NCBI GenBank assembly: GCA_947628015.1
Contig: CANQYG010000001.1
Span: forward strand, 1 to 40,467
DNA: 40,467 nt
Reading direction: 5' to 3'
Origin: an uncultured Clostridia bacterium
GTDB lineage: Bacteria > Bacillota > Clostridia > TANB77 > CAG-508
Under the pieces are notes generated by a model. That model saw only the letters and a program-made list of their open reading frames with translations. It was not told the origin of the DNA and ran no database searches. The number at the start of each line of letters is the position of its first letter. Position 1 is the stretch's first letter. The position numbers and the translations under genes are program-made. This document shows positions 15,378-24,676 of the stretch, one piece after another.

Positions 15378-15406
15378 ATGATAGCATTATTTTAGCATCT
15401 TGTCAA
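15378..15406 (-). promoter_or_regulatory. putative promoter of the tRNA-Gly/tRNA-Cys unit
   Basis: Minus strand reads TTGACA (15406-15401), a 17-nt spacer, then TATCAT (15383-15378). Confidence 0.4.
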
Positions 15407-15476
15407 GATTAATAAGTTATTTTATTATTTTTTATTTAAAAGATTATCTTATAATTTTTGTTTTAAATTATATTTT

Positions 15477-16742
15477 TTATTTTAATAATTTAGCATATAT
15501 ATAAAAATAGTCTAATATATTTTTTCTTTCAACTTCTTTACTTGTTACTATATTTACTTCTTCTATTATATCTTCCCCATTTTTTATTATTACTGTTCCT
15601 AATTTCTTTCCTTTTTCTACTGGTGCTTCCAAATAATTTAAAGCATTTATTTCTACACTTATATCCTTATTTGTGACAATACTTTTTACTTCTATTTCAC
15701 TTATTTCAAGTTCTACATTATTTCTTCCCTTATTTATATATATTCTATTTTCATTTATTTCTTTCCATTTACTAAATTCATTATTTACTATTTCTTCTAC
15801 ATTTACTAATTTATATTCTTTAAATGCATAATTTATTAATTTTAAATTATCTTTTGCTCTATCTTTTCTTGTATCTGCACCTAATACTACAACAATTAAA
15901 TCCATATTATTTCTTTTTACAGCCGTTACTAAACATCTACCTGCATTATTTGTAAAGCCTGTTTTTACGCCATATATTCCTTCAATATCAGACAACAGCA
16001 ATTCATTAGTATTTTTTATTTCTCTAGCTACTCCATTAATTGAAATAGTTGCATATTTTGTTTTTACTATATTCGCAAATTTTTCATTCTTTAATGCATA
16101 ATCTGTTAAATATGCCAATTCATATGCTGTAGTATAGTGATTTGGATCATCTAATCCATGAGGTGTTACAAAATGTGTATTTTCTAATCCTATTTCTTTT
16201 GCTTTATTATTCATTAGCACAGAAAATTCCTCAACACTTCCTCCTATATATTCTGCAAGTGCTACTGCTGTATCATTCCCAGACCTTAACAATAGACCAT
16301 ATAGCAAATCATTAACTGTAATTTTATCCCCTTTATGTATTCCTAAAGTTGAGCCTCCTGTCCCTGCTGCTTTAGCACTTATAGTTACTACTTCATTTAA
16401 GTCTTTACAATTTTCTAGCACTACTGTTGCTGTCATTATTTTTGTAGTTGAAGCCATAGCTGTTTGTTTATTTTCATCTTTTCCATAAATTGCACTTTTT
16501 GAGTTTCTATCATAAATTACATATCTTCTTGAATTTATTACTGGCTTTTGATTTGATGCACTTGTTTGCACACTATTATCTTCTTTTTCTATTTCTTGGA
16601 TAATATTTTCATATAATATTTTTTCATCATCTTCATTTTCTTCTGTATTTGCTATACAAATTGTTGTCTGATTTACTAATATAGTTATTAATACAACTAC
16701 AAATATTAATTTTATTCTATATAATTTTTTAATATCTTTCAT
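15477..16742 (-). CDS. serine-type D-alanyl-D-alanine carboxypeptidase (PBP5/DacB-like, S11)
   Basis: 421 aa with a signal anchor. All three motifs are present: SxxK (ASTTKIMTA), SxN (RSGNDTA) and KTG (VKTGFT). Confidence 0.9.
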   Translation of the reverse strand: MKDIKKLYRIKLIFVVVLITILVNQTTICIANTEENEDDEKILYENIIQEIEKEDNSVQTSASNQKPVINSRRYVIYDRNSKSAIYGKDENKQTAMASTTKIMTATVVLENCKDLNEVVTISAKAAGTGGSTLGIHKGDKITVNDLLYGLLLRSGNDTAVALAEYIGGSVEEFSVLMNNKAKEIGLENTHFVTPHGLDDPNHYTTAYELAYLTDYALKNEKFANIVKTKYATISINGVAREIKNTNELLLSDIEGIYGVKTGFTNNAGRCLVTAVKRNNMDLIVVVLGADTRKDRAKDNLKLINYAFKEYKLVNVEEIVNNEFSKWKEINENRIYINKGRNNVELEISEIEVKSIVTNKDISVEINALNYLEAPVEKGKKLGTVIIKNGEDIIEEVNIVTSKEVERKNILDYFYIYAKLLK

Positions 16743-16851
16743 TTAAACAATTTCCTTTCAATTTCGTGTCAACAATTCCATCTACTATAAATTAATTTCG
16801 CATACACGATTATATACGTATAACCAACTCTTTTTTACTTTTGAAGTTAAT

Positions 16852-16892
16852 AAAAAACTACCTAACATATTATATGTTGCTAGGTAGTTTTT
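16852..16892 (-). terminator. rho-independent terminator after the 313-aa gene
   Basis: The inverted repeat aactaccta(a)ca ... tg(c)taggtagtt is flanked by an A-run and a T-run, so it is followed by TTTTTT on the minus strand. Confidence 0.6.
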
Positions 16893-16900
16893 ATGATTTT

Positions 16901-17842
16901 TTATCTTAATTTTATAGTATAGCTATACATTCTACTTGCATTTCCTGCTGTATCTTCATCATTTTCGAAATATTCATCTAATATTCTAACATCTTCTATA
17001 CAAATTTCTGTTGGATCTTTTTGGTCATCATAGAATTTATCAAATATAAAAACTTCGTCTCTAGTTTCTCCCGGGCTTAATACCAATGATGTATTTGCAT
17101 AATTTATTACTCCTCTTTTTTGATCTCCTAAATTTAACGTTATTTCTTTTCTTAACGTATTATCTGATAATACTAAATATTTATCAGTTTTATTTGTTAA
17201 TGTTACATTATAACCTTCTCTTGAATAGCTTATATCTTTTGATTTTATCGTGACTTTTAAATTTTCATCTTCTGCAAATTTAGTATAAGTTTTACTTTCT
17301 ATATATCCTTGATTTGATATTCTAAATTCATTTCCTTCTTTTCTTAATGCTATTTTTTCCTTGTATGGTTCATATCCTTCTGTTGTTCCTGTTGATTCTA
17401 TATCATCTAATATTACTAAATCATATACATAAATATCATCTATATTTGAATAATTTTGCAAATTATATATTTTATTTTGTGTAAAAATGCTATCTACATA
17501 TTCTTGAAATAGTAATAAATCATTATCATACAAATATTCTTTACATTGGTCTGTTAATATATTATAAGCTTGCTCATAATTTTTAGTATTACAATAATTG
17601 AAATATTTTTCTACTGTTTGATTTATATTTTCTACATATTTTTTAGGAACACTTCCTCCATCATTTATTATTGGAGAATCTGGCTTATATGTATTTATCA
17701 TTGATTTTTCCTTTGGATATTTTTTTAAGTATTGATTTATAATAAATACAATCAGCCAAATAACTAATACTATTAAAATTATTCTTCCATACTTTTTAAA
17801 AAAATTCCTTATGGCTATTGTTATTTTACCATTTAAATTCAT
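16901..17842 (-). CDS. membrane-anchored protein with NTF2-like N-domain plus beta-rich C-domain
   Basis: 313 aa with N-terminal TM IILIVLVIWLIVFII. VEKYFNYCNTKNYEQAYNILTDQCKEYL resembles the first helix pair of SnoaL/NTF2-like (VirB8/TcpC-type) folds. Confidence 0.5.
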   Translation of the reverse strand: MNLNGKITIAIRNFFKKYGRIILIVLVIWLIVFIINQYLKKYPKEKSMINTYKPDSPIINDGGSVPKKYVENINQTVEKYFNYCNTKNYEQAYNILTDQCKEYLYDNDLLLFQEYVDSIFTQNKIYNLQNYSNIDDIYVYDLVILDDIESTGTTEGYEPYKEKIALRKEGNEFRISNQGYIESKTYTKFAEDENLKVTIKSKDISYSREGYNVTLTNKTDKYLVLSDNTLRKEITLNLGDQKRGVINYANTSLVLSPGETRDEVFIFDKFYDDQKDPTEICIEDVRILDEYFENDEDTAGNASRMYSYTIKLR

Positions 17843-17916
17843 TTTAAATTCTATTCCTTTCTCGTTTCACTCATAATGCACACCTTGAATTTTCTTCCAT
17901 ACTAATTTCCTTTGTT

Positions 17917-18438
17917 TTACTGCTCTACTTGAAAAGATATTGTAAACTGATTTACTCCTAACTCTCTTATAACAACTCTTTGAGTAATTGCTTGAAATTC
18001 TTTATTAAACACATCTTTTATTTCGACTGTTAATACAAATAGTTCTCCCTGTCTCTCTATATTTTTATAATCTACTGCTATATCTTTTGGATATTTTTGA
18101 ATATAAGTTTCAAATTGCTCTAATGTACTAAAATAATTATTTTTAAAATTCTCGTTTAAAAGATTATAAGCACTTTCATAGTCTTTTTCTTCTATATATG
18201 ATATAAATGTTCCAAAATATGTTTGCATTCTACTTCTTTCAGTCATATCTGCAACTTTATTTGTAATTGTATTTTGAATATCTTTTTGCTCATCATTTTG
18301 CACCATACTATTTTCTATAACACTATTTGGCTCTTCATCTGCTTTTTCTTCATGATTATTTATAAATATTTTTATATTTATAGCTAGTAAAATAAGCACT
18401 ACCATTACTAATAATATATTTATAACTTTTTTATCCAT
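17917..18438 (-). CDS. membrane-anchored NTF2-like protein (possible VirB8/PrgL/TcpC analogue)
   Basis: 173 aa with an N-terminal TM. TYFGTFISYIEEKDYESAYNLLNENFKNNYFSTLEQFETYI is followed by beta-strand-like segments (ELFVLTVEIKD, QRVVIRELGVNQFTISF). Confidence 0.5.
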   Translation of the reverse strand: MDKKVINILLVMVVLILLAINIKIFINNHEEKADEEPNSVIENSMVQNDEQKDIQNTITNKVADMTERSRMQTYFGTFISYIEEKDYESAYNLLNENFKNNYFSTLEQFETYIQKYPKDIAVDYKNIERQGELFVLTVEIKDVFNKEFQAITQRVVIRELGVNQFTISFQVEQ

Positions 18439-18457
18439 CTTTCTTTCCTCTCTAAGA

Positions 18458-19459
18458 TTAATTAAAGTCAGTTATATAACTAGATATTTTTATTACATTT
18501 TCAACATTACTTATACTAATTTTTAAATCTAAAATACTATCATAATTGTAATATATTATTAATTCTGAGCTTAGATAATCTCCTTCATTTACTATTTTAT
18601 CCGAAAGTATTTCATACTTTTCATATTGTAAGTCTGATTCGTTCCATTTCATTCTATTTACTTGAATTGCTACATTTACATAATCATCTTGAGATGTTAT
18701 ACCTATTTTTTCTAGGTCTTCTTTATTTAAGTCAAAATATTGTCTTCTTTCATTTTCTGTCTTTAATGTTGAATTTATCCTATATTCTTTTATGCTAGAG
18801 ATAAATGAATCTATTTTCTTTAATACATCTATCTTTGATACTTTTCCGTTATATCTTTTAAACATTTCGTCTAGTCCATTTTGACTTGATATTTTTATGC
18901 TATCATTTACTTCTGATATCGTATATAAAATTTGTATATTTTTTTCATTATCATATCCCAAATTTACTTTAAAAGATATTGATCCATCCTCTGATTTAGA
19001 AATCGTATCTGTTTCAACATTATATTCATATAATTTAGCAACCTTATTTTTATCGGCAGTATTATTTATTTGATATGCTATCATAACAAAGTCTTCTTTG
19101 CTAAATATATTCATCTTTTTTATTTGCTCTATATTTTGATCATAATATTGCTCTATTTCTTCTATTTTTTTTCCTTTAATATTCTGATATATATTTGGAA
19201 TATCAATTATTATAAAATTATAAAATTCACTTTGCAAATCTCTAAAACTTATCTTTGGATTATAATTATTATATAACTCTGTCATTCCTAATATATATAA
19301 CTTTGTTTTTTCTTCTTCCAAACCTTCGTCAAACTCATTTAGTGGAGATGTCGAAGATATGTCTGTTCTTTTAGTATTGACCTTATAATAAATTACTTGC
19401 ACTATAGTTAATATTACTAATAACACAATACATATTATTAAAAATTTTTTCATTATCAA
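18458..19459 (-). CDS. membrane-anchored protein with an internal two-fold repeat
   Basis: 333 aa with an N-terminal TM. YYDQNIEQIKKMNIFSKEDFVMIAYQINN and YFDLNKEDLEKIGITSQDDYVNVAIQVNR mark two homologous halves. Confidence 0.5.
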   Translation of the reverse strand: MIMKKFLIICIVLLVILTIVQVIYYKVNTKRTDISSTSPLNEFDEGLEEEKTKLYILGMTELYNNYNPKISFRDLQSEFYNFIIIDIPNIYQNIKGKKIEEIEQYYDQNIEQIKKMNIFSKEDFVMIAYQINNTADKNKVAKLYEYNVETDTISKSEDGSISFKVNLGYDNEKNIQILYTISEVNDSIKISSQNGLDEMFKRYNGKVSKIDVLKKIDSFISSIKEYRINSTLKTENERRQYFDLNKEDLEKIGITSQDDYVNVAIQVNRMKWNESDLQYEKYEILSDKIVNEGDYLSSELIIYYNYDSILDLKISISNVENVIKISSYITDFN

Positions 19460-19680
19460 CTCCTCATATAAATTTTATTTATATAGGTTCTATAAATGTA
19501 TCTTTTATTAAAAAACTATACTTAATACTTTAAGTTATTGGATTGTAATATCTATTTCCACCTGGAACCAACTGTACTTTTCCTTCTGGATTACTACTTG
19601 CAGCTAGAAAACTTAAATATCTATGACTTCTCTCTCCATTTAACGCTCTTTTAACAGCATCTATCAGTTCATCTTTATAT

Positions 19681-22623
19681 TTACCATAGTTTCCGTCCTA
19701 AATACTGTTTATAAGCACCTTCGCCATAATTTCCCCATTCTTTTACTCCATATACAACAAACTGATAATTTTTTCTATATTGACTTAATGGATCATTCAA
19801 TCCATAATATTTTTGATCTGCTCTATTACAAGCTGTAGTTATAACATTTATAAATTCATCTGGATTATTACCAGCTTCTGCTCTAGTTATAGCACAAAGT
19901 ATATCAAAGTCTGATTCAGAATATATCCAAGTTCCGTGACCTGTAGATACAGCACTATTTCCACCATCTTCGCCTTTTCCTTCACTTCTAAAGAATCCAT
20001 CTCCATATACTCTTCCAATATCTATTCCTTCTTGATGTTCCTCTGTCATTTTTTCTTTCATGATTGCTTCATATGCACTATTATGTTCTGGAGTCATATA
20101 TTCTTCAACATTTTCTATAATGGATTTATCTATGTCAAACATTATTATTTGTAATTCACTATCTGCTGTTCCTATTACTGTTCCTCTTTTTACACTACCT
20201 GTTTGACTTAAGTTCTTTATTCCTTTTATCTTCATAGTAAGACCAACAAGTATATCTGGGTTAATTTCTTTATAATCTTTTTCATATATATATTTTAATA
20301 GTTCTACAGTTTCATCACTCATTTGTGTAAATTTTAAAGTAACAACATCACCTTCACTTGATATTTCACAATTTTCAGGTGCTAATACGTTTCTTCCTTC
20401 TACATTTTCTATTTTCATTCCATATTCATTTTCATCTTTTGTCACTCTAAACTCTTCATTTTTATCATTTGTTTCAATAAGCCACAACATTGAGTTTTTC
20501 AATTCTGATGTTAACTCTGTTTTTGTAAAATAATTTAAAGTTACTACTAAGTCTTTTAAATTTCTATATGCAAGTTCGGCCTCTTCAGAATGCATATTTT
20601 CTAATATTGAAAATGCTGCTAAAGCATTTGCTTTATTTTCTTCAAATGATACTTCTTCTTTTTCAATTTCAGGGGTTTCTACTGTTCCAAAAATTCCTTT
20701 TTGATCATATAATTTTGCATTATCTATTGCTCTTGCTGTTTGTGCTGTTCCATCATATTTATAATATTTATCCCTAAAAATGTCTACAATATGTTGATTT
20801 GGACCAAATGCTTCTGGCTCACACACTTGATATACTATTCCTTCATCAGCAGTCAGCACTGCCTCTAGTGAAACAACTATATTATCTTTACTTAAGAAAC
20901 TTCCTTCTTCATCTGCTGATACATATCTTATCTTCTTTTTAGCAGTTGATGCTTTTCTATATACTCCAACAGAAAAGTCAATATCATTATAAAACCAATG
21001 GTTTGTAACACTTTGAATATATGGCCATTTTACTCCATCTACTCCACCTTCTATACCTTGTCCAACTATATCTGCTAATTCAGCTAAGTCATTATAAGTT
21101 ATTCCTTTTAAACCAGGAACTTCTTCATCTCCTTTTGTTACATATACTATATATTCTGATTCTCCTGTAAAAAGTCTTTGAACTAATGACTTTAAATGAT
21201 TACTTACTTTCTTAACAAATCTTGCTAGTCCTGTTTCACTTTCATCTATCAAGGCATTTGCTACATTTATTCCCAAAGCATCTGGATTCCAATTGCTTTG
21301 AATTTGCTTTATAATGTTTCTAAAGAATTTTCTCTTTTCACTTTCATTTCCTTCTTCATTTAGTTTTTTTAATATTTCGTCATAGAAATTAGTTTCTTTT
21401 TCAACTGTTACCTTTTCTGTTGTTACAGAATTTCCTTTTTCTACTGGCTTTTCTTCTTCATCTTCATATTTATACTTTTGACCATGTAAAGAATAGTTCA
21501 AAAAAGCATCTATTATGTCGTCTCCAGTTAAAAGGTCTTTTCCGTCTAAAATTTTATCTTCTTCTTGCTCGTCAACATTATTTCCTATACTTTTTATTTT
21601 AGTTTCATATTTAACATTAATATTTTGTAATACAATATTTACTTTTGTATTTAAGTCTTGGTCTTTAGCAATTCTATATGCTAAGTCAGGCATCATTGTA
21701 GCTAAATGCACACTTAAGAATAGTTCAACTGGTTTGCCATATTTTGCAGTCCATGTTGACATATCATAACTAAATGTACTTCCCCATTGTATAGAGCCAT
21801 TATTAGTTAGTCCTAACCAATCGCTAAATTTACCTATTATTGGTAAATAAACAGCATCTGTATACACAGTCATTTTCTCTTTATCTCTATCTATTTTTAC
21901 AAATCTCTCACTTGGCAAAATTGGCATTGTATCTAAAATATTTATCATTCCTGTTGAATATTCATTATTCAATACTATTTCACTTGGATCATCTCTTACA
22001 AAAGCTGTAAGTGTTGAACCTTCTTCTTTTAAAAATCCTTTTAAACTAAAATTTGATAAAACATAAGTAGCTTCATTTGATGCAATATATGATTTTAAAT
22101 ATTCTTTTCCATCTACAGATTCACCAACACTTATAAGTTGCTTAGTCATTGATTGATTTTCATCACTTGTTTCTTCATATTCTGCCTTTCCAAAGCCACA
22201 ACTTTCTATGTCATAACCCATATTTTGTAAGTACTGTGCTAAGCCTAATACTTCTTCTTTAGTAATATTAGTTGTAATGCTATCTCCTGAAAAAAAACCA
22301 TGAAAATCTGATTTGAATTTAGACCATACACCTACTCCAAATTCTTTTACTTTTTCTAATAACATTCCTGGCATTGTAGTAAAGAAAGCATATTGCCCAA
22401 TAATTACTATTATTAAAATAATAATTGCAAGTATAATTAACATTGGAGTTATATGTGATGCAATAAATTTTATAACTTTTTTATCTTTTAATTTACTTTT
22501 TACTTTTTCTTTTCCATTATCTAATTTTTCTTTTATCGGTTCTGCATTAATTTTTTCAGAAGAACTGTTTATTTGTTCTTCTTGGTCTTCTTCATTTTCT
22601 TCATTAAAAGCTATTGTAATCAC
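19681..22623 (-). CDS. 980-aa membrane-anchored protein with C-terminal SleB/CwlJ-type cell-wall hydrolase domain
   Basis: An acidic N-terminus is followed by TM MLIILAIIILIIVIIG and a large extracytoplasmic region. The C-terminus DILCAITRAEAGNNPDEFINVITTACNRADQ...YQFVVYG matches the hydrolase_2 pattern (A-x-x-E-A ... V-x-N-R ... QF). The start is uncertain because GTG is embedded in AGGAGGTG. Coding appears to continue beyond the stop (see findings). Confidence 0.7.
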   Translation of the reverse strand: MITIAFNEENEEDQEEQINSSSEKINAEPIKEKLDNGKEKVKSKLKDKKVIKFIASHITPMLIILAIIILIIVIIGQYAFFTTMPGMLLEKVKEFGVGVWSKFKSDFHGFFSGDSITTNITKEEVLGLAQYLQNMGYDIESCGFGKAEYEETSDENQSMTKQLISVGESVDGKEYLKSYIASNEATYVLSNFSLKGFLKEEGSTLTAFVRDDPSEIVLNNEYSTGMINILDTMPILPSERFVKIDRDKEKMTVYTDAVYLPIIGKFSDWLGLTNNGSIQWGSTFSYDMSTWTAKYGKPVELFLSVHLATMMPDLAYRIAKDQDLNTKVNIVLQNINVKYETKIKSIGNNVDEQEEDKILDGKDLLTGDDIIDAFLNYSLHGQKYKYEDEEEKPVEKGNSVTTEKVTVEKETNFYDEILKKLNEEGNESEKRKFFRNIIKQIQSNWNPDALGINVANALIDESETGLARFVKKVSNHLKSLVQRLFTGESEYIVYVTKGDEEVPGLKGITYNDLAELADIVGQGIEGGVDGVKWPYIQSVTNHWFYNDIDFSVGVYRKASTAKKKIRYVSADEEGSFLSKDNIVVSLEAVLTADEGIVYQVCEPEAFGPNQHIVDIFRDKYYKYDGTAQTARAIDNAKLYDQKGIFGTVETPEIEKEEVSFEENKANALAAFSILENMHSEEAELAYRNLKDLVVTLNYFTKTELTSELKNSMLWLIETNDKNEEFRVTKDENEYGMKIENVEGRNVLAPENCEISSEGDVVTLKFTQMSDETVELLKYIYEKDYKEINPDILVGLTMKIKGIKNLSQTGSVKRGTVIGTADSELQIIMFDIDKSIIENVEEYMTPEHNSAYEAIMKEKMTEEHQEGIDIGRVYGDGFFRSEGKGEDGGNSAVSTGHGTWIYSESDFDILCAITRAEAGNNPDEFINVITTACNRADQKYYGLNDPLSQYRKNYQFVVYGVKEWGNYGEGAYKQYLGRKLW

Positions 22624-22661
22624 CTCCTATATTGCAATTACTTATGTTTTATTCTTAAGTG

Positions 22662-24642
22662 CTATATGATATTTCCATTATTATTACCTGTATCATTACC
22701 ACTTGTAGAATCATTGTTATTGCTATTATTATAATTGTAATTATTTCTCCTTCTTCTACGTCCATTTCCTTTTGGAATCTTATTTTTAATACTTCCAGTA
22801 AATCTTTGGAATGTACTATATTCACTTATATTTCCATCTTCTATATCTGATATTAATTTATTAAATTGTTTTGGAATTTTTTTCTCATCTATTCCATTAT
22901 CAATAAATTTCTGTTCCATTTTTTGCATTTGTTTTGCTAATTCTATTTCTGTTTCTGTTTGAGGAGTTAAACTTCCATCAGCAAAATGTAAAGCATTTTT
23001 ATATAACTCTTCGCTTGTCAAATTAGGATTTTCATTCTTATACTTATTAACTGCTTTAGCTAACTTATGTTTTAATATTCTTGTATCATTTGCTTTCGAA
23101 AAACTACGTCCCATACACCAGCCAGCAGTAACTCCTGCAAATCCTGTCTTTGTATCTCCTCCGAGACCTAGACCTAATCCACCAAACAACATAGCTCCTG
23201 CAATTCTAGCATTTGCTCCAATATAAGCTCTTCCTGCACCTCTTAATACAGCTCCAACTCTTCCTTTACCTTTGCCTTTTCTACTTGAACTTTCTCCTGT
23301 TGAACTTGCAACTGGTATATTCGTGTTTCCGCTATTATTATTTTGGTTTCCATTAGAACTGTTTCCACCAGAATTGTTTCCACTTCTATTTTGATTTTGC
23401 CCTGTTCCTCCTGTATTTACATTATTGCCTGTGTTACCATTATTTCCATTATTTCCAGCATTCCTATTATTTCTAGCGTTGTTATTTTGATTTGAATTAT
23501 TGCCACCATTTTTAGAACCAAATCCAAATCTTCCTCCTCCAGAGCCTCCTTTTGATTTTTTGCCACCAGACATTACTTTATTTAGAATCATTCCACCAAT
23601 TGCTGCATTGGCAACTGTCTTGCCCATACTTTGACTTTCAAAGTGGAATATGTGTTTTACAATATCTTCAGCTGTAAATATAAATAACATTGTCATTATA
23701 GCTACAACAGCATTTGAAAGTCCTGCTCCTTCAGCCCATCCATCTCTTACCAATAAATCAATAGATGTTTGAGCTAACACTCTATATGATATACAATGGA
23801 ATGGCTGTATTAAAATATTATATACATATTCTTTAAACCATACATTAAGTGCTTGTGACCTTCCATCGCCCATTTTGTCAATAGAATATGTAATAGTTAC
23901 AAGTGGTGATATTACTATTAAAAATGCCAAAGTAATCATACGTTTTATGTATGCAAGTAAAAATACAAATGTAATAGCTTGCAATAATATATATACTATT
24001 GCACATCCCATTCCAGTTGTAAATGAACCGATTACCAGCTGCTTCATCTCTAAATACCTTTGTAATACTTCCAGTTGCTGAGTCACTTAGTCCTGTTGAT
24101 AAAACATCAATAAATGCATTATTAATATTTATTGTAAATATCATTATGTAATGTAGTATAAATAAAAGTGCTAAACTTGTAAGCCAATCATAAAGCATTG
24201 TTTTATATTTTGCTTTATCTTCTGCTATTGTAGATATTGCCATTCTAATTCCTACATATACTGCAATTATAGCAAGTGCAATAGCTGCAACATTTCGTAT
24301 TGATGTGTACCAAATTGCAACATTTTGTCTAATTGTACGTGCTACTTCATTAGTAGTATTAAAGTCGAAGAAGTTAATATCTAACAAAGGAATTTTATCT
24401 TTATTAAATAAAATTTCTTCTAATTCCAATGTTGCACCATTACCACCTGCAAAGAACTTTAAAATGAATCCTATTATTTCACCTAAAATTATTAATATCC
24501 ATTTAGCAGGTAGAAGTAACATTCCAACAACACCATCAACAATATCTCCTGCTTCTACTGCATAGCATCTTCCACTCAGAAAAAATATCATTATAAATAT
24601 GACTAAAATTGAAATTAGTATTTTTTTCTTCTTATCTTTCAT
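22662..24642 (-). pseudogene. VirB6/TrbL-like polytopic membrane protein with Asn/Gly-rich tail, split by a frame change between 23878 and 24086
   Basis: ORF 23878-24642 carries the N-terminal half (signal peptide, LLDINFFDF, RTIRQNVAIWYTSIRNVAAIALAIIAVYVGIRMAISTIAEDKAKYK). ORF 22662-24086 carries the C-terminal half (ISPLVTITYSIDKMGDGRSQALNVWFKEYVYNILIQPFH). In the intact paralogues at 29426-30592 and 24677-26935 the two halves are colinear. Confidence 0.7.
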
Positions 24643-24676
24643 TTACTTTCTCTCCTATTTTGACAATACTCTTTTT

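Noticed and set aside
15307-15390. A 12-nt perfect inverted repeat (aatgctatcatt / aatgatagcatt) with an inner ttcaatt/aattgaa hairpin upstream of tRNA-Gly, considered as a riboswitch or T-box-like leader
   Set aside because: The right arm overlaps the predicted -10, so the full structure would not be transcribed. There are no conserved riboswitch features and it is too short for a T-box.
19660-19700. A third reading frame giving DGNYGKYIKMN after the 980-aa ORF, which would read smoothly as ...KQYL-DGNYGKY-KDEL
   Set aside because: It would require two extra frame changes within about 30 nt. The simpler description is an in-frame TAA followed by one later shift. It is kept only as a note.
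19936-22850. Plus-strand ORFs (19936-20154, 20568-20777, 21420-21602, 21515-21769, 22313-22669, 22659-22850) inside the 980-aa gene and its neighbour
   Set aside because: They are all antisense shadows with low-complexity hydrophobic translations. The minus-strand ORFs are long and motif-bearing.
23878-24086. A genuine 209-nt overlap of two independent genes
   Set aside because: Colinearity of the two halves with the intact paralogues shows one gene with a frame change. The overlap region of the upstream ORF translates to implausible sequence (CNSIYIIASYYICIFTCIHKTYDYF...).
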